A stretch of 64,000 nucleotides of DNA, taken from positions 11,780,001 through 11,844,000 of the forward strand of contig NW_026262712.1 of the NCBI RefSeq assembly GCF_021869535.1, read 5' to 3'. A program made the translations under genes and the position numbers. Below, one piece after another: positions 52,635 to 64,000 of the stretch (position 1 is its first letter; the number at the start of each line of letters is the position of its first letter). Under the pieces are notes generated by a model that searched no databases, had not been told where the DNA came from, and saw only the letters and a program-made list of their open reading frames with translations. Source of the stretch: Mytilus californianus (lineage: Eukaryota).

Positions 52635-53523
52635 AATTTCTAAATATTTATTTGATTATCCAATAAAAAGTTCCATTTCTTTTGTTTAATTTCAACTTGT
52701 ATCAGCCTGTATTATCATGTCAGTACCAAAAAAAAAAACAAAACTGGCTAACAGTCCATTAGCTGAGGTATCGACCCAGTGGTGGTAATAAAATAAACGG
52801 TACCAATTTTTTTACACTAAATAAGCAGTTCTATGTCTCTTCAGAGATGGTAGAGGCCAAAATATTTGAAAATCCAAAACCTTTTATAACACAATATCCG
52901 TATTTTCATGCCAGTACTGAAGTACTGGATACTGAACTGGTAATACCATCGCGAACAAGAAGTCTGCTAGCAGAGGTATCGCTTAAATGTACACGCAAGA
53001 ACACGCATATCTAATTGAACATCAAACTCGTGAATAACAAAACAACTAAATAAATGGGTACATTGTGAGCAAAAAAGACATTAAATTGAATTCACAAATG
53101 CCGCACTTTTCATTGGATGTAATTCATGATTTGATTTCTAACCTTAATTACTAAAACATAAATTCTTTTTATTATCCAATTTTACCAAGGCAGCTAGCAG
53201 GTACTCGTCTGAAATTATGGAATAAATAGAGATACCTTTCGTTTCTTTACATTCAATTCAACATTGAAAGTAAATTTGATAAGAAACCAAAGCAATATCA
53301 AATTAATCGAGGTAAGTATAACAGACATATAGGCAACATGTAGACAATTATAGAAAAGGGCTACCATTTTTTTTCTTTGTTGACATAGTTGTTTGTTTTA
53401 TAGTGATAAAGATTATAGCACAATGTTGACTGATGTGCCCCAATTTTTGACATTTTTATCTATTTTATCTATTATGTCTTATGTTTGTTTTGCTCACACA
53501 TTGTTGTCAATATAATGGAATCT

Positions 53524-53950
53524 CAGTACCAGAATCTATGACAAACGAGACGATTTTAATTTTGAAATTATCAATTTCCCCCACCTTAGTAGCAATTTAC
53601 CAACTTCACCTGCATATGGGCAGATACATATATATATATGTATTTATATGTCTCTGATATGGGATATACATTTCCCAACTTATTAGGTATTCAAGAGCTT
53701 GCAGCTCCTACTCAGACTTTGTAAAACGTCACCAGTGTCTGAGCAGAAAGTTGATGAACCAGGGGTATGTCAAAGAACGTCTTGTTCTTTTTCTAAAAAA
53801 GTTCATCAGATGGTACCAATAACTTGTTGATAAATATTCCGTATCAACTTCAAAAATAATACACGATGGTCTTGAAGTATAGATTTTGCGTACTGACGTT
53901 GTTTATCATCTTAATAACGTGTTATAGTATTCTTTTATTTGTCTTTATCA
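53524..53950 (+). mobile_element. 3' fragment of another PLE subfamily (RT thumb region)
   Basis: Translates as TRIYDKRDDFNFEIINFPHLSSNLPTSPAYG/IYISQLIRYSRACSSYSDFV…; homologous to 20398-20718. Confidence 0.8.
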
Positions 53951-54209
53951 ATATTACTTTTACTGGTTAGTCTGTTTTTTTAGATATCCATTTGACGTGA
54001 CTCTGTGCTTATGTATCCCGTCATACTTTGAACGACAAAATTATTTTATTTATTAATATTACTTTTACTGTTAAGTCTGTTTTTTGTGATATACATTTGA
54101 CGTGACTCTGTACTTATGTATCCCGTCATATTTTGAACCACACAATTATTTTATTTATTAATATTACTTTTACTGTTAAGTCTGTTTTTTGTGATATCCA
54201 TTTTACGTG
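53950..54209 (+). repeat. 105-bp tandem repeat (2.5 units); the third unit resumes at 58332-58370 after the Gypsy insertion
   Basis: Unit starts at 53950, 54055, 54160. Confidence 0.9.
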
Positions 54210-57200
54210 CGCCAGGTAGTTTCATATTCCGGAAACGGTTTTCCGATGTGTGTTTGACATTTAACATAAACTCCCTGTCTTCCTGTTTTACGATAATATA
54301 ACTTGGCATTTTACTGTGTTAGTCAATAAATAGACAATATCTCAAGTCGTACATTTGTGTAGTGATTTTCCTTATTGGCGTGGTTGCAGCGAGATTACGT
54401 CCCACGTTCTTCGTACAAATGTGTGTAAGTCATTCCGTAATAAAAACATAACTGTGAACGCAAGTGAACGACAACCTAAATATTATCCTAAACATGGCTA
54501 GTTCCACCCGGGCACCGAAGCAGTGGTGCTTAACAAAGATTGAAACTGTGAACACTTTTGAAAACTGGCGCCAGATCCTTGTATATACATTATCTTTAGA
54601 CAAAAACTTTGCTCCTTTTCTTGTGTCTGGAACCAAATGGGAAAAGAAAACAAAAACAACAACTCACATGGGGTTTGCAAATGATGGGGAAGAAGTCCCA
54701 GAAGCCTACAGAAAAACCCGAGAGCAAAAAGTTAGCATGCTTGAGCTTATGTTAGGACAGATTGCCAACTACTGCCCAATAATTTCTAGGAACACCATTG
54801 TCAAAAACTCCACATCGATCGACAGCATTTGGCAAACCATCCGCCTCCACTATCGTTTTCAGATTACTGGTGCGCATTTTGTTGACTTTGATGCTATTCA
54901 CTATGATCCAGGTGAGAGACCTGAAAATTTGTACCAACGGTTAATGGCCTTTATTGAAGACAGTCTGCTAAGAAAAGATATGGGTATAACTCACCACGAT
55001 GAAGACATAGAGGACGACGAGGAACTATCACCTACATTAGAAAACCTCTTAATATTGACATGGCTTCGTCTCATCCACCCTGAGCTACCTAAACATATAA
55101 AACAGAGATATGGTACAGAGCTTCGTGCGAGAACACTAGCATCTATAAAACAAGAAATAGCACAAGCTCTAGAATCACTTCTAGAAGAGTTACGTACAAC
55201 AGAGGATGCCAAATCCATGAGAGCAGCCGTCAAGTGCTTTCCAAAGACAAAACAATCTTCGTTTGTGCCCCGCTCAAACTTCAAATCATGCCCACTGTGC
55301 AAATCAGCAGGACGACCAGACCGTCATTTTCTTTGTCAATGCACATACTTACCACAACAAGATCGACAATTTATGGATAAAGCTCGTGCTGTATCTGAAA
55401 TTCATGATGTTGACGAATGCGATTCAGATAACCACGATAACACTGATTCAACCTTTCAAGACCAGTTCCCTGAAGTATCTAACAGAGTTCAGATTCAACA
55501 ATCACCTTATATTGACGTTTATTATGGCCACAATCCTACAAGACTTACCATTGACAGTGGTGATACTGGAAATATGATACGTGCCTCCGCCGCTACCAAA
55601 CTTAACGCAAAAATAACCAGCAGCTCACAGTCAGCCCATCAAGCAGATGGATCATCACCTCTTACCGTTGTGGGAGAAACTAGACTCACATTTACGAGAG
55701 ATAAACACCAATTGTATTTTGAGGGACTAGTAGTTGAGAACTTAGATTCTGACATATTAGCTGGTATCCCATTTATGGAGAAAAACGATACATCTATTCG
55801 TCCTGCACGCCGACAGGTACTTATAGGGAATGATTGTGTTTATAAGTATGGTTCATCCGCTAATGGAACTTCTAATTGCGCTGTGCGTAGAGCACATGTG
55901 GCACGAGCACCATCTGACGCCACAACTTTATGACCAGGAGACTACATAGATGTAAAAATACCTACAGACATGGTTTCAACTGATGACATATTTTTCATCG
56001 AACCTCACAAAAATGAAAATCTCAATTCTTGGCCTGAACCCAGTCTAGTTTCTAGCGTTGCAGGAAACCTACGAATACCTAACCTCACTGATGAACCTCT
56101 CGTTTTCAAACGTAATGAACATTTCTGCAATGAACGTTCTAAATATTCACCGGAGAATAATGAAATTAAAAGCCCGGATCATGCAGTTGCTACTAAATCT
56201 CAACTCAATAAGGCTCAAGTACTACATTCCGATCTTGTACGAGTTGACCCTGATGGTCTATTACAACCATGTATTAAGGAAAAATTTAAATCTTTACTTA
56301 GACAGTACGACAATGTTTTCAGTCCAACGTTTAAAGGCTACAATGGAGCAGTTGGAGCTCTAGAAACAAAAGTTAACATGGGACCAGTTCAACCACCACA
56401 AATAAAGGAACGGATACCTCAATATTCAAAAACCTCAACCCTCATTAATGCCAGACGTAGATTCTACACTACGACAAATTGCTCAGTGGAAACATATTGT
56501 GATTTCTGATTTGACTAAAGATTTTTATCAAATTCCGTTACATAGGGACTCGATGAAGTACTGTGGTGTCTCATCCCCATTCTGTGGTGTAAGAGTATAT
56601 GTGAGGTCTGCAATGGGGATGCCTGGATCTAAGACAGCATTAGAGGAACTTACTTGCCGTGTACTAGGCCACCTAGTACAAGAAGGAGTCGTAGCGAAAA
56701 TTGCCGACGATCTATATTGCGGCGGCAATTCACCAGAAGAACTTCTTACTAACTGGGAAAGAGTGTTACAAGCCTTACAGAAGTGTAGCCTTAATTTATC
56801 AGCTACAAAAACAATCATTGCACCTAAACAAGCTACAATTCTCGGCTGGATTTGGGAACTCGGATCAATCCGTGCAAGCCCTCACCGCATTGCTACACTT
56901 TCTAACTGTCAGCCTCCAAAGATCGTACGTGCACTTAGATCATTTGTTGGTGCCTACAAAGTGTTGTCTCGTGTAATTAAGAACTCTTCTGGACTTCTGT
57001 CACTACTTGAAAACGCAGTAGCTGGATCTGAGTCAAAAGACACAATATTATGGACTGAAGCTTAACTCAGCCTTTACTAGTGCACAAAACGCACTTTCTA
57101 CTAATCGTTCGATTGCTCTCCCTCGTCCAAACGACCAACTCTGGATTGTTTCAGACGGAGCTTTAAAAACATGCGGACTTGGAGCTACGTTGTACATAAA

Positions 57201-58333
57201 CAGAAACGACAAACTTCTTCTTGCGGGATTCTTCAGTGCGAAACTTAGACAAACTCTTCGCCAGTGGTTACCATGTGAAATTGAGGCCTTATCAATTGCG
57301 GCTTCTATCAAACATTTTAGTTCGTACATTATTCAATCTTTATCTACAGCATTTGTTCTAACTGATAGTAAACCGTGTGTTCAAGCCTTTGAAAAGTTAT
57401 GTAGAGGTTGATTTTCATCAAGCTCTCGGGCTTCTACTTTTCTGTCGACTGCAAATCGCTTCCAAGTATCTATCAGACATGTTTCTGGATTAGCAATACT
57501 ACCATCTGACTATTCAAGCCGTACAGCACCCAATTGTGACAATCCCGCCTGTCAAATTTACAATTTTATACATCTTCAGGAGGAATGCGTTGTGCGTCAC
57601 GTAACAACTGCAGATATTCTAAACGGAACAGTAAAGCTTCCCTTTACAAGCAGGGCAGCATGGCTTTCAAACCAGAATGAAATGCAATTTGAAAACGTTC
57701 AACTACTACCGCATTCCGATGATGACGACGATGAAAGAGTGAACGACAGCTCCTCACCTCAATCTGTGCCGGTAATTCCTAAAGCTATATCCGACCTTCC
57801 AACATTTCCGTCAGTAATACCGCATCAAATTACTCAATTAGAAAATGTTGAACATCCGCTTAGTACAAAGAGTCCGGACATGAATTTAAGTAACGATAAT
57901 TTTGAAATGGACACACCAGAGGAAACATATATTGACTCTCAAGAAAATGAAAAAAATTTCTCATCATCCGAATTAATAAGTCGACCGGATCGCAAGCGCT
58001 CACTTCCAAAGAAATTCAATGACTATGTTATGTACTGAGTGAGTGTAATGGAGAAATTCCTAAATGTATATAGAACAGTTCATTTTTATTTTTGTTTTTA
58101 ATTATTGTATTAAAGGGGCAGAATAATCCCGAACACCAGAAGGCAATCTACTCTGTGAAGGTGGTTATAATTGTGTAACAAAAAAGAGAAAAAAAGCGAT
58201 AACGCCAGGTAGTTTCATATTCCGGAAACGGTTTTCCGATGTGTGTTAGACATTAAACATAAACTCCCTCTCTTCCTGTTTTAAGATAGTATAACTTGGC
58301 ATTTTACTGTGTTAGTCAATAAATAGACAATAT
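54210..58333 (+). mobile_element. Ty3/Gypsy LTR retrotransposon copy, internally deleted, with truncated terminal repeats
   Basis: 131-bp direct repeats at 54210-54340 and 58203-58333 (5 mismatches) enclose gag-protease-RT-RNase H. Confidence 0.9.
54494..58038 (+). pseudogene. gag-pol pseudogene: Gag with CCHC knuckle, aspartic protease, RT, RNase H; integrase not seen
   Basis: [18 protein letters not shown]; LTIDSGDTG; [19 protein letters not shown]; IVSDGA, EIEAL, LTDSKP. In-frame stops at 55931 and 57409, frameshifts at ~56425 and ~57060. Confidence 0.88.
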
Positions 58334-58529
58334 GTATCCCTTCATACTTTGAACGACAAAATCATTGTATGTCTCCCTGTGCGAATTTCAAACGCGCGAT
58401 TTTACGCAAGTACTTAAAACCTTTCATCCTTTATGGGTGGATTTTACATAGATAAATAAACTCGTATAATATAAGCAAAATGAGGATGTTAAATTTGATG
58501 TATGCCTTTTTGTGCTTCTTCGTTACATT

Positions 58530-59040
58530 TGTTTGTTTGTTTGTACTGATGTACCCCTATTTTTGACATTTTTACCTATTGTGTCTGTTTGTTTTGTTCA
58601 GGCATCGTTGTCAATATAATGGAATTTGATGCGACTGTCATACAAGTGAGAGGTTTAGCTAGCTATAAAACCAGGTTCAATCCACTATTTTCTACATAAG
58701 AAAATGCCTGTACCAAGTCAGGAATATGACAGTTGTTATCCATTCGTTTGATGTGTTTGAACTTTTGATTTTGATTTTGCCATTTGATTGGGGACTTTCC
58801 TTTTTGAATATTCCTCGAAGTTCAGTATTTTTGTGATTTTACTTTTTATTCTATGCGACTGTCATACAAGTGAGAGGTTTAGCTAGCTTTTAAACCAGGT
58901 TTTAAGAAATGACTGTACCAAATCAGGAATATGACAGTTGTTCTCCATTCGTTTGATGTGTTTGAGCTTTTGATTTTGCCATTTGATAAGGGAATTTCCG
59001 TTTTGAATTTTCCTTGGAGTTCGGTATTTTTGTTATTTTG
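58530..59040 (+). repeat. R3 repeat with tandemly duplicated 3' part (period ~224)
   Basis: atgcgactgtcatacaag starts at 58629 and 58853. Confidence 0.8.
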
Positions 59041-60413
59041 ATTCTGTCTGCTATCACTCTTTATAACACTCTTTTTCAGCTTATTTTCGACTAAAGAGTT
59101 CGAATGTCCCTTTGGTATCTTTCGCCTCTCTTTAATAGCTAATTATTATCAAGTTGATCACAAAACAATGAGATCACCTCGGTAATGTCATTTACTTAAA
59201 GGAGAGGTGGCGTTGAAAGGTTTAATAATATTTTAACTTTTAATAGTTTCAGTGTATAAAGTCAGACTATTTAATCATTTTTATTTTTACATTAAAGCCT
59301 TTTCCTTTTCTTTGGTAGACAAAATAAGGAAAATTGATGACGCACAAGATCCTTTTGAGTCCGTGTAACACTTAACAATTCCAAATTTAAAAACGTTTTC
59401 AAATCTATTTTTTTCCATCAAATTTTAAAATTCAACATTCCAATTATTCAACTTTTTTTAATTTTGAAAATTTTACCAAATAATCGAAATTTTAAAATAT
59501 TAAAATTCGTTTTAAAATTTAATAGTTCAGATATTAATCAAATTTAAAAACAATAAACTTAACGTGCAGTTTTGATCTTTTCGCTTTTCGCTTTTGTTTT
59601 AATTTTAATTTTTATTTTGATAAGAAATTTTAGAAAGGACTGAAAAAGTGGGTACCTTTAAAGAACGAAACGGAACAGAATGAAACGAAACGAAATTTAC
59701 CAAAACGGAACAAAACGAAACGAAATGAATATTTTTTGAAAAACTAAATATAATATAAAACAAGAGGCTAACTTGTTTGAACTACAGGGAGAAAATGAGG
59801 AATATATTTCTTTAAATCGGAAAATTAATTAGTAAGAATTGATATTGACACACTTCGATTGTAAATAATGTTCTTAGTAAGTGATTGTCTTATTGTTTTG
59901 GTCTACTACAAGTTCAAAGTATAACATTTCAATAAATGAGTTATAACTGCCCGAAGCACATTTATCAGCTGGAATGAATAACATTTTATTATTGAAATTG
60001 ATTAAATAGTTAAACAAACAAAAATCAAAATACTTTGAACTTTACTTGTGCAGTAAAAATTGATACCGTTTAAGTTATAATTGGAATATTATTAAAATTG
60101 CTATAAAAATTAAACATTATCAAAGCGATGCAAAAGGAAAGAAAGGAAAAAATCCTTTGAACTAAATCTAAAAGCTGATAGACTTACAAATTACAGCATA
60201 TCAGATTAATGGATCCACGGTTGTTAAGAATATTATATACATATATGAGTTGAATCAAGTTGATCCTTTAAATTTTATTTTAAGGGCATTTGATGTTTTT
60301 ATATTTATAAAAAAGTTCACTGTACAGTAAGAAGATCCGTGTCATTGAACTGTTAAATCCTTTATGTACAAAACAAGATTAAAATATAATTTAACAGGAC
60401 ACAATTTTACGAC

Positions 60414-60481
60414 TATATAAATGAATGCAATGAACATGCAATATCAATTAGACCATTGAAAAATCACAAGACTGAATCAAG
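60414..60481 (+). promoter_or_regulatory. TATA/Inr and non-coding first exon (60446-60481) of the paralogous secreted-protein gene
   Basis: Aligns with 3758-3825; donor AAG|GTAAAT at 60482. Confidence 0.55.
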
Positions 60482-60845
60482 GTAAATGCTTTATGTAACA
60501 ATATATCTATTTACACTTTCAACGGTCTTCAACTCATTGAAACAGACCAGATGCATAGGCATGCTAACATTACAGTCGAGGAAATTATCATTATTATCAT
60601 TGTTATATTCTTTGTTCTGTTTTGAGGGGAGGAGGAATTATGTTTTATGTGTTTGAAATAACTTTTGACAAGTGACGAACTATTCCACTTTGAAAGAGGA
60701 GACTGAGGGTACAGGCTCCTCCATACTCGTTGGCATATTTCAAATAAAAAGTTTGTAAGATGATTCTAATAAAAACGTTTATAACAAAAGCTATACAATA
60801 GATCTAAAAACATCACTGCTGTTTCAGGAAATATCGCCTTCAAGG

Positions 60846-61180
60846 ATGATGTCTCGAAAGAAACCACAAATACTTTTCTTGATATGAGCTGCGTCGGATA
60901 GAAATCGACCTTATCCAACTGCACGGATACATGTACATGTATAAAACTTTTGATTGATTTTGGAACATTCAAATACGAAATAAAAGATAAAATTGCTCTT
61001 TCTTGTAGGGTTCTTATATGAGCTTTATATCAACTCAATTTCAAACAGTTACAGACTTTGCATAGAAATTTTTCAACTCGAAATAAATTAACAAATGTAT
61101 TGATATTCATTTGCATAAGGTCGATTTCTATCCGACGCAGCTCATATGTTGTATAATGTTTGTTGGGGCTTGGTTTAGAG
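60846..61180 (+). pseudogene. Signal-peptide exon copy B, disrupted by a MITE
   Basis: MMSRKKPQILFLI followed by TGA at 60885 from the MITE end; CCIMFVGAWFR resumes at 61147; donor GTAAGT at 61181. Confidence 0.9.
60885..61144. mobile_element. 260-bp MITE with perfect 30-bp TIRs and TA target duplication (Tc1/mariner-like signature)
   Basis: TGAGCTGCGTCGGATAGAAATCGACCTTAT / ATAAGGTCGATTTCTATCCGACGCAGCTCA; TA at 60883-84 and 61145-46. Gene A shows the empty site (ttgaTAtgttg). Confidence 0.92.
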
Positions 61181-61321
61181 GTAAGTCGTTTTATCGAAAG
61201 TTTCCTAGTTTTTGTAAATTAAAATGTAATTCGTGTGCTCAATCGATTTACTATTATGAGGTCTATTTATTTAGTGTTGTATACTTCATGTGGTAAACTT
61301 ACACCTGACATTGTAATGTGT

Positions 61322-61795
61322 GTCCATTAGCTGAGGTATCGACCCAGTGGTGGTAATAAAATAAACGGTACTAATTTTTTTACACTAAATAAGCATTTCT
61401 ATGTCTCTTCAGAGATGGTAGAGACCAAAATATTTGAAAATCCAAAACCTTTAATAACACAATATCCGTATTTTCATGCCAGTACTGAAGTACTGGATAC
61501 TGAACTGGTAATACCATCGCGAACAAGAAGTCTGCTAGCAGAGGTATCGCTTAAATTTACACGCAAGAACACGCAATTCTAATTGAACATCAAACTCGTG
61601 AATAACAAAACAACTAAATAAATGGGTACATTGTGAGAAAAAAGACATTAAATTGAATTCACAAATGCCGCACTTTTCATTGGATGTAATTCATGATTTG
61701 ATTTCTAACCTTAACTACTAAAACATAAGTCCTTTTTATTATCCAATTTTACCAAGGCAGCTAGCAGGTCCTCGTCTGAAAATATGAAAGTAAAT
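61322..61795 (+). repeat. ~470-bp near-identical copy of 52754-53227 placed between the duplicated exons
   Basis: Direct alignment from gtccattagctgagg… to …ctcgtctgaaa. Confidence 0.9.
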
Positions 61796-61907
61796 CATAT
61801 TTCAAATAAAAAGTTTGTAAGATGATTCTAATAAAAACGTTTATAACAAAAGCTATACAATAGATCTAAAAACATCACTGCTGTTTCAGGAAATATCGCC
61901 TTCAAGG

Positions 61908-61986
61908 ATGATGTCTCGAAAGAAACCACAAATACTTTTCTTGATAATTTTATGTTGTATAATGTTTGTTGGGGCTTGGTTTAGAG
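61908..61986 (+). CDS. Signal-peptide exon copy C (MMSRKKPQILFLIILCCIMFVGA-WFR), intact
   Basis: Acceptor at 61889, ATG 61908, donor G|GTAAGT at 61987 (phase 1); lies in 61796-62129, a duplicate of 60734-61323 without the MITE. Confidence 0.8.
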
Positions 61987-63533
61987 GTAAGTCGTTTTAT
62001 CGAAAGTTTCCTAGTTTTTGTAAATTAAAATGTAATTCGTGTGCTCAATCGATTTACCATTATGAGGTCTATTTATTTAGTGTTGTATACTTCATGTGGT
62101 AAACTAACACCTGACATTGTAATGTGTGTAATAGGATAAATCTAAATTATGTTCCATACCAACAATTGTGTCATCATTTCCTGTCAACCTTATGAACTAC
62201 TTCCAAATAACACTGATAAATGATACAAGTTTTATCTTTTTATTTAGTACGTCAATCGTGCGTGTCGTTTAAACAAGACTCATTCGAATTAAAATCGTTT
62301 GAAGGTAAAATAAAAAAAAAACATAATTTGAAAAGCATTGCAACCCAATATTTCCGAATATTCCTTCGAAAAAAACGACATATATCCCATATCCTTTGAT
62401 TTTCAATAAAGCTATATGTGAGTTGGGGCGGATTGGAGGTAGAAAACACGAATAAGAACAACATTCTAACAACAAAAAAATTAACATTTAAATGATATTT
62501 CATGTCAACAGTACTACTCGGCCGGTAACCACATGAGCCACATTTAATGTACTCCAATGGTTGTAACGCAATGTGTCAATTATCACGAAATGCCACAATT
62601 TGTGGCAAAACCATGTCGATCAGGAGAAAAATATGCATGTAGTAATTGAGGATTTTATTAATAATGACGATATATTTATTTCTGATATAACTAACATTCT
62701 TAAATTTGATTTTAATTCGATCTTCTCCGGCTGAATAACTGAAAAAAAGAACTAATTTAAAATGTGCAAAAATTTCATATCTTTTTTAAAGATTTTTCGA
62801 AGATAAGCAAAATGATACAGATATTTCAAAATAAGAATAAAATAAAAGTCAGTCGGATTAACTGCTTTATGTCATATTCATAATCGACTTGCCTAAAGCT
62901 AGCCCTTGTGACTTCCTGTTTACTCTCTGAATCCCAAATACTAAAGGATCGGGCTATCCAAGTTAAACATATGAAAGTCCTTTTCATTTTCTGATTTTAC
63001 AGACATGATGATGATTAATTGGTGTTAAACAAAAAGTGACAAGAGAAGCATGCATATCAGGATGAAATCGCGTTAATATGAAGGTGATCCTGATTTGTTC
63101 AAGACCTATACGCTTGTACATATATAGTCTACAAGAAGACATGTCACCCTAGACATTATGTCAACGAATAACGAGTCTTTGCTAAGCGAAGAAGGAGCAA
63201 CTATCAATATATTTTGTTTAAGTCGTCTAAGAATATAGCACTCAAACTTCCTTATATAATGAAATGTGAATATCTGTAATAAACAGAAATGAAATTTGGT
63301 ACATAATAACATTTACGATACCAATACTACTGCACCAATTACGCATTTCAACCATTAATGTCTCATCAGTAATGCTTGAGCCAAAAATCTTGAGAAAAAA
63401 AATCATTTGTAAAGAAGGTCTATCACTACTTATTCATGTCAGGTCGAAAGAGAGAAACGATACTTCTGTCCACATCGAAGACTTACATGAAGAGTTTTAA
63501 CATCCTTTTCAATCATTTTTTTTTTCATTACAG

Positions 63534-63828
63534 CTTACATTACACGCATATTGCTAACGGAACAGGTAACACCATAAAGATTGAGCAAGTGCAGGGTAAA
63601 ACTACCTATACACGGGAAACCGCACTTAACAAATACGTTAGAATTAAAACTGGAATTGGTCGCCAAACCTTGTGTGTTTTCGCTGTTGATGATAGTACTA
63701 GGGCTAATGAGGTCTGTCGAAGTGAAAGAACTGATCGTAGTTTTGTAATCAGACAAAGTGGTGGACAACCCAAAATTTACAGAGCAATATATGGGAAGAT
63801 TTGGAAGATCGAAAAGAAAAATCCGTAA
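63534..63828 (+). pseudogene. Last coding exon of the paralog, with a 1-nt deletion just after the acceptor (frameshifted allele, sequencing error, or rescued by an alternative acceptor)
   Basis: cag|cttacattacacg (13 nt) versus cag|cttaccatctcacg (14 nt) in gene A. Splicing at 63533 reaches TAA after 14 codons; the downstream frame is otherwise open and 86% identical to gene A. Confidence 0.75.
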
Positions 63829-64000
63829 ATTTTATGATTTCTGATGTTTAAAAGACAGTATAGAATTGTTTTAAAACAGCCTTCTTCCCGAATTTTTTCA
63901 TTTAATTTTTGTTTTGTTTCGGAATGAATATTTCTCTTATCAAAATGAATAAAAATATTTATAAATATAATTATATATATTTATATTATAAACCCCATGA

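Noticed and set aside
54376-54396. Primer-binding site assignment (TGGTTGCAGCG)
   Set aside because: The position is plausible, but no CA LTR end precedes it and I cannot match it confidently to a specific tRNA.
25407-55933. APOBEC-type hypermutation suggested by Trp-to-stop changes (25407, 35227, 55931)
   Set aside because: TGG to TGA/TAG is among the commonest routes to nonsense by ordinary transitions; three cases in unrelated elements are not evidence, and no G-to-A clustering was seen.
54430-57329. Antisense and alternate-frame ORFs over gag-pol (e.g. 54991-55302, 56528-56818, 57048-57329)
   Set aside because: Shadow ORFs of a real coding region with no motifs of their own.
63436-63533. 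N-terminal extension MSGRKRET… as the real start of the paralog
   Set aside because: It covers the polypyrimidine tract and acceptor; the aligned region in gene A is intronic and not open.

Overview
AT-rich, intron-containing animal genomic DNA. The repeat families and gene types suggest a bivalve, probably Mytilus-like (inference). Host genes: (1) a three-exon gene on + (3.76-5.86 kb) for an uncharacterised ~126-aa secreted cationic protein, and a paralog at 60.4-63.95 kb. In the paralog the signal-peptide exon is duplicated, one copy is broken by a 260-bp MITE, and the last exon has a 1-nt deletion. (2) A four-exon gene on - (36.36 to 22.79 kb), invisible as a unit in the ORF track, encoding DZIP3-type HEPN (RxxxxH intact), a helical linker, an nSTAND3-like NTPase, a post-NTPase helical region and ankyrin repeats. 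It has an internal in-frame duplication and several nonsense/frameshift lesions, so it is a probable NLR-like immune pseudogene. Mobile DNA: a decayed Naiad-type Penelope-like element (N-terminal GIY-YIG, then RT) inside a tandem duplication, further PLE fragments, a Ty3/Gypsy copy with no visible integrase whose ends look like transcript (R-to-R) ends, a non-autonomous Harbinger with a nested MITE, a Helentron-like ~1-kb array, a 36-bp minisatellite and many short interspersed repeats. No rRNA, tRNA gene or CRISPR array was seen. All alignments and counts were done by hand; family names come from motif recognition, not database searches.
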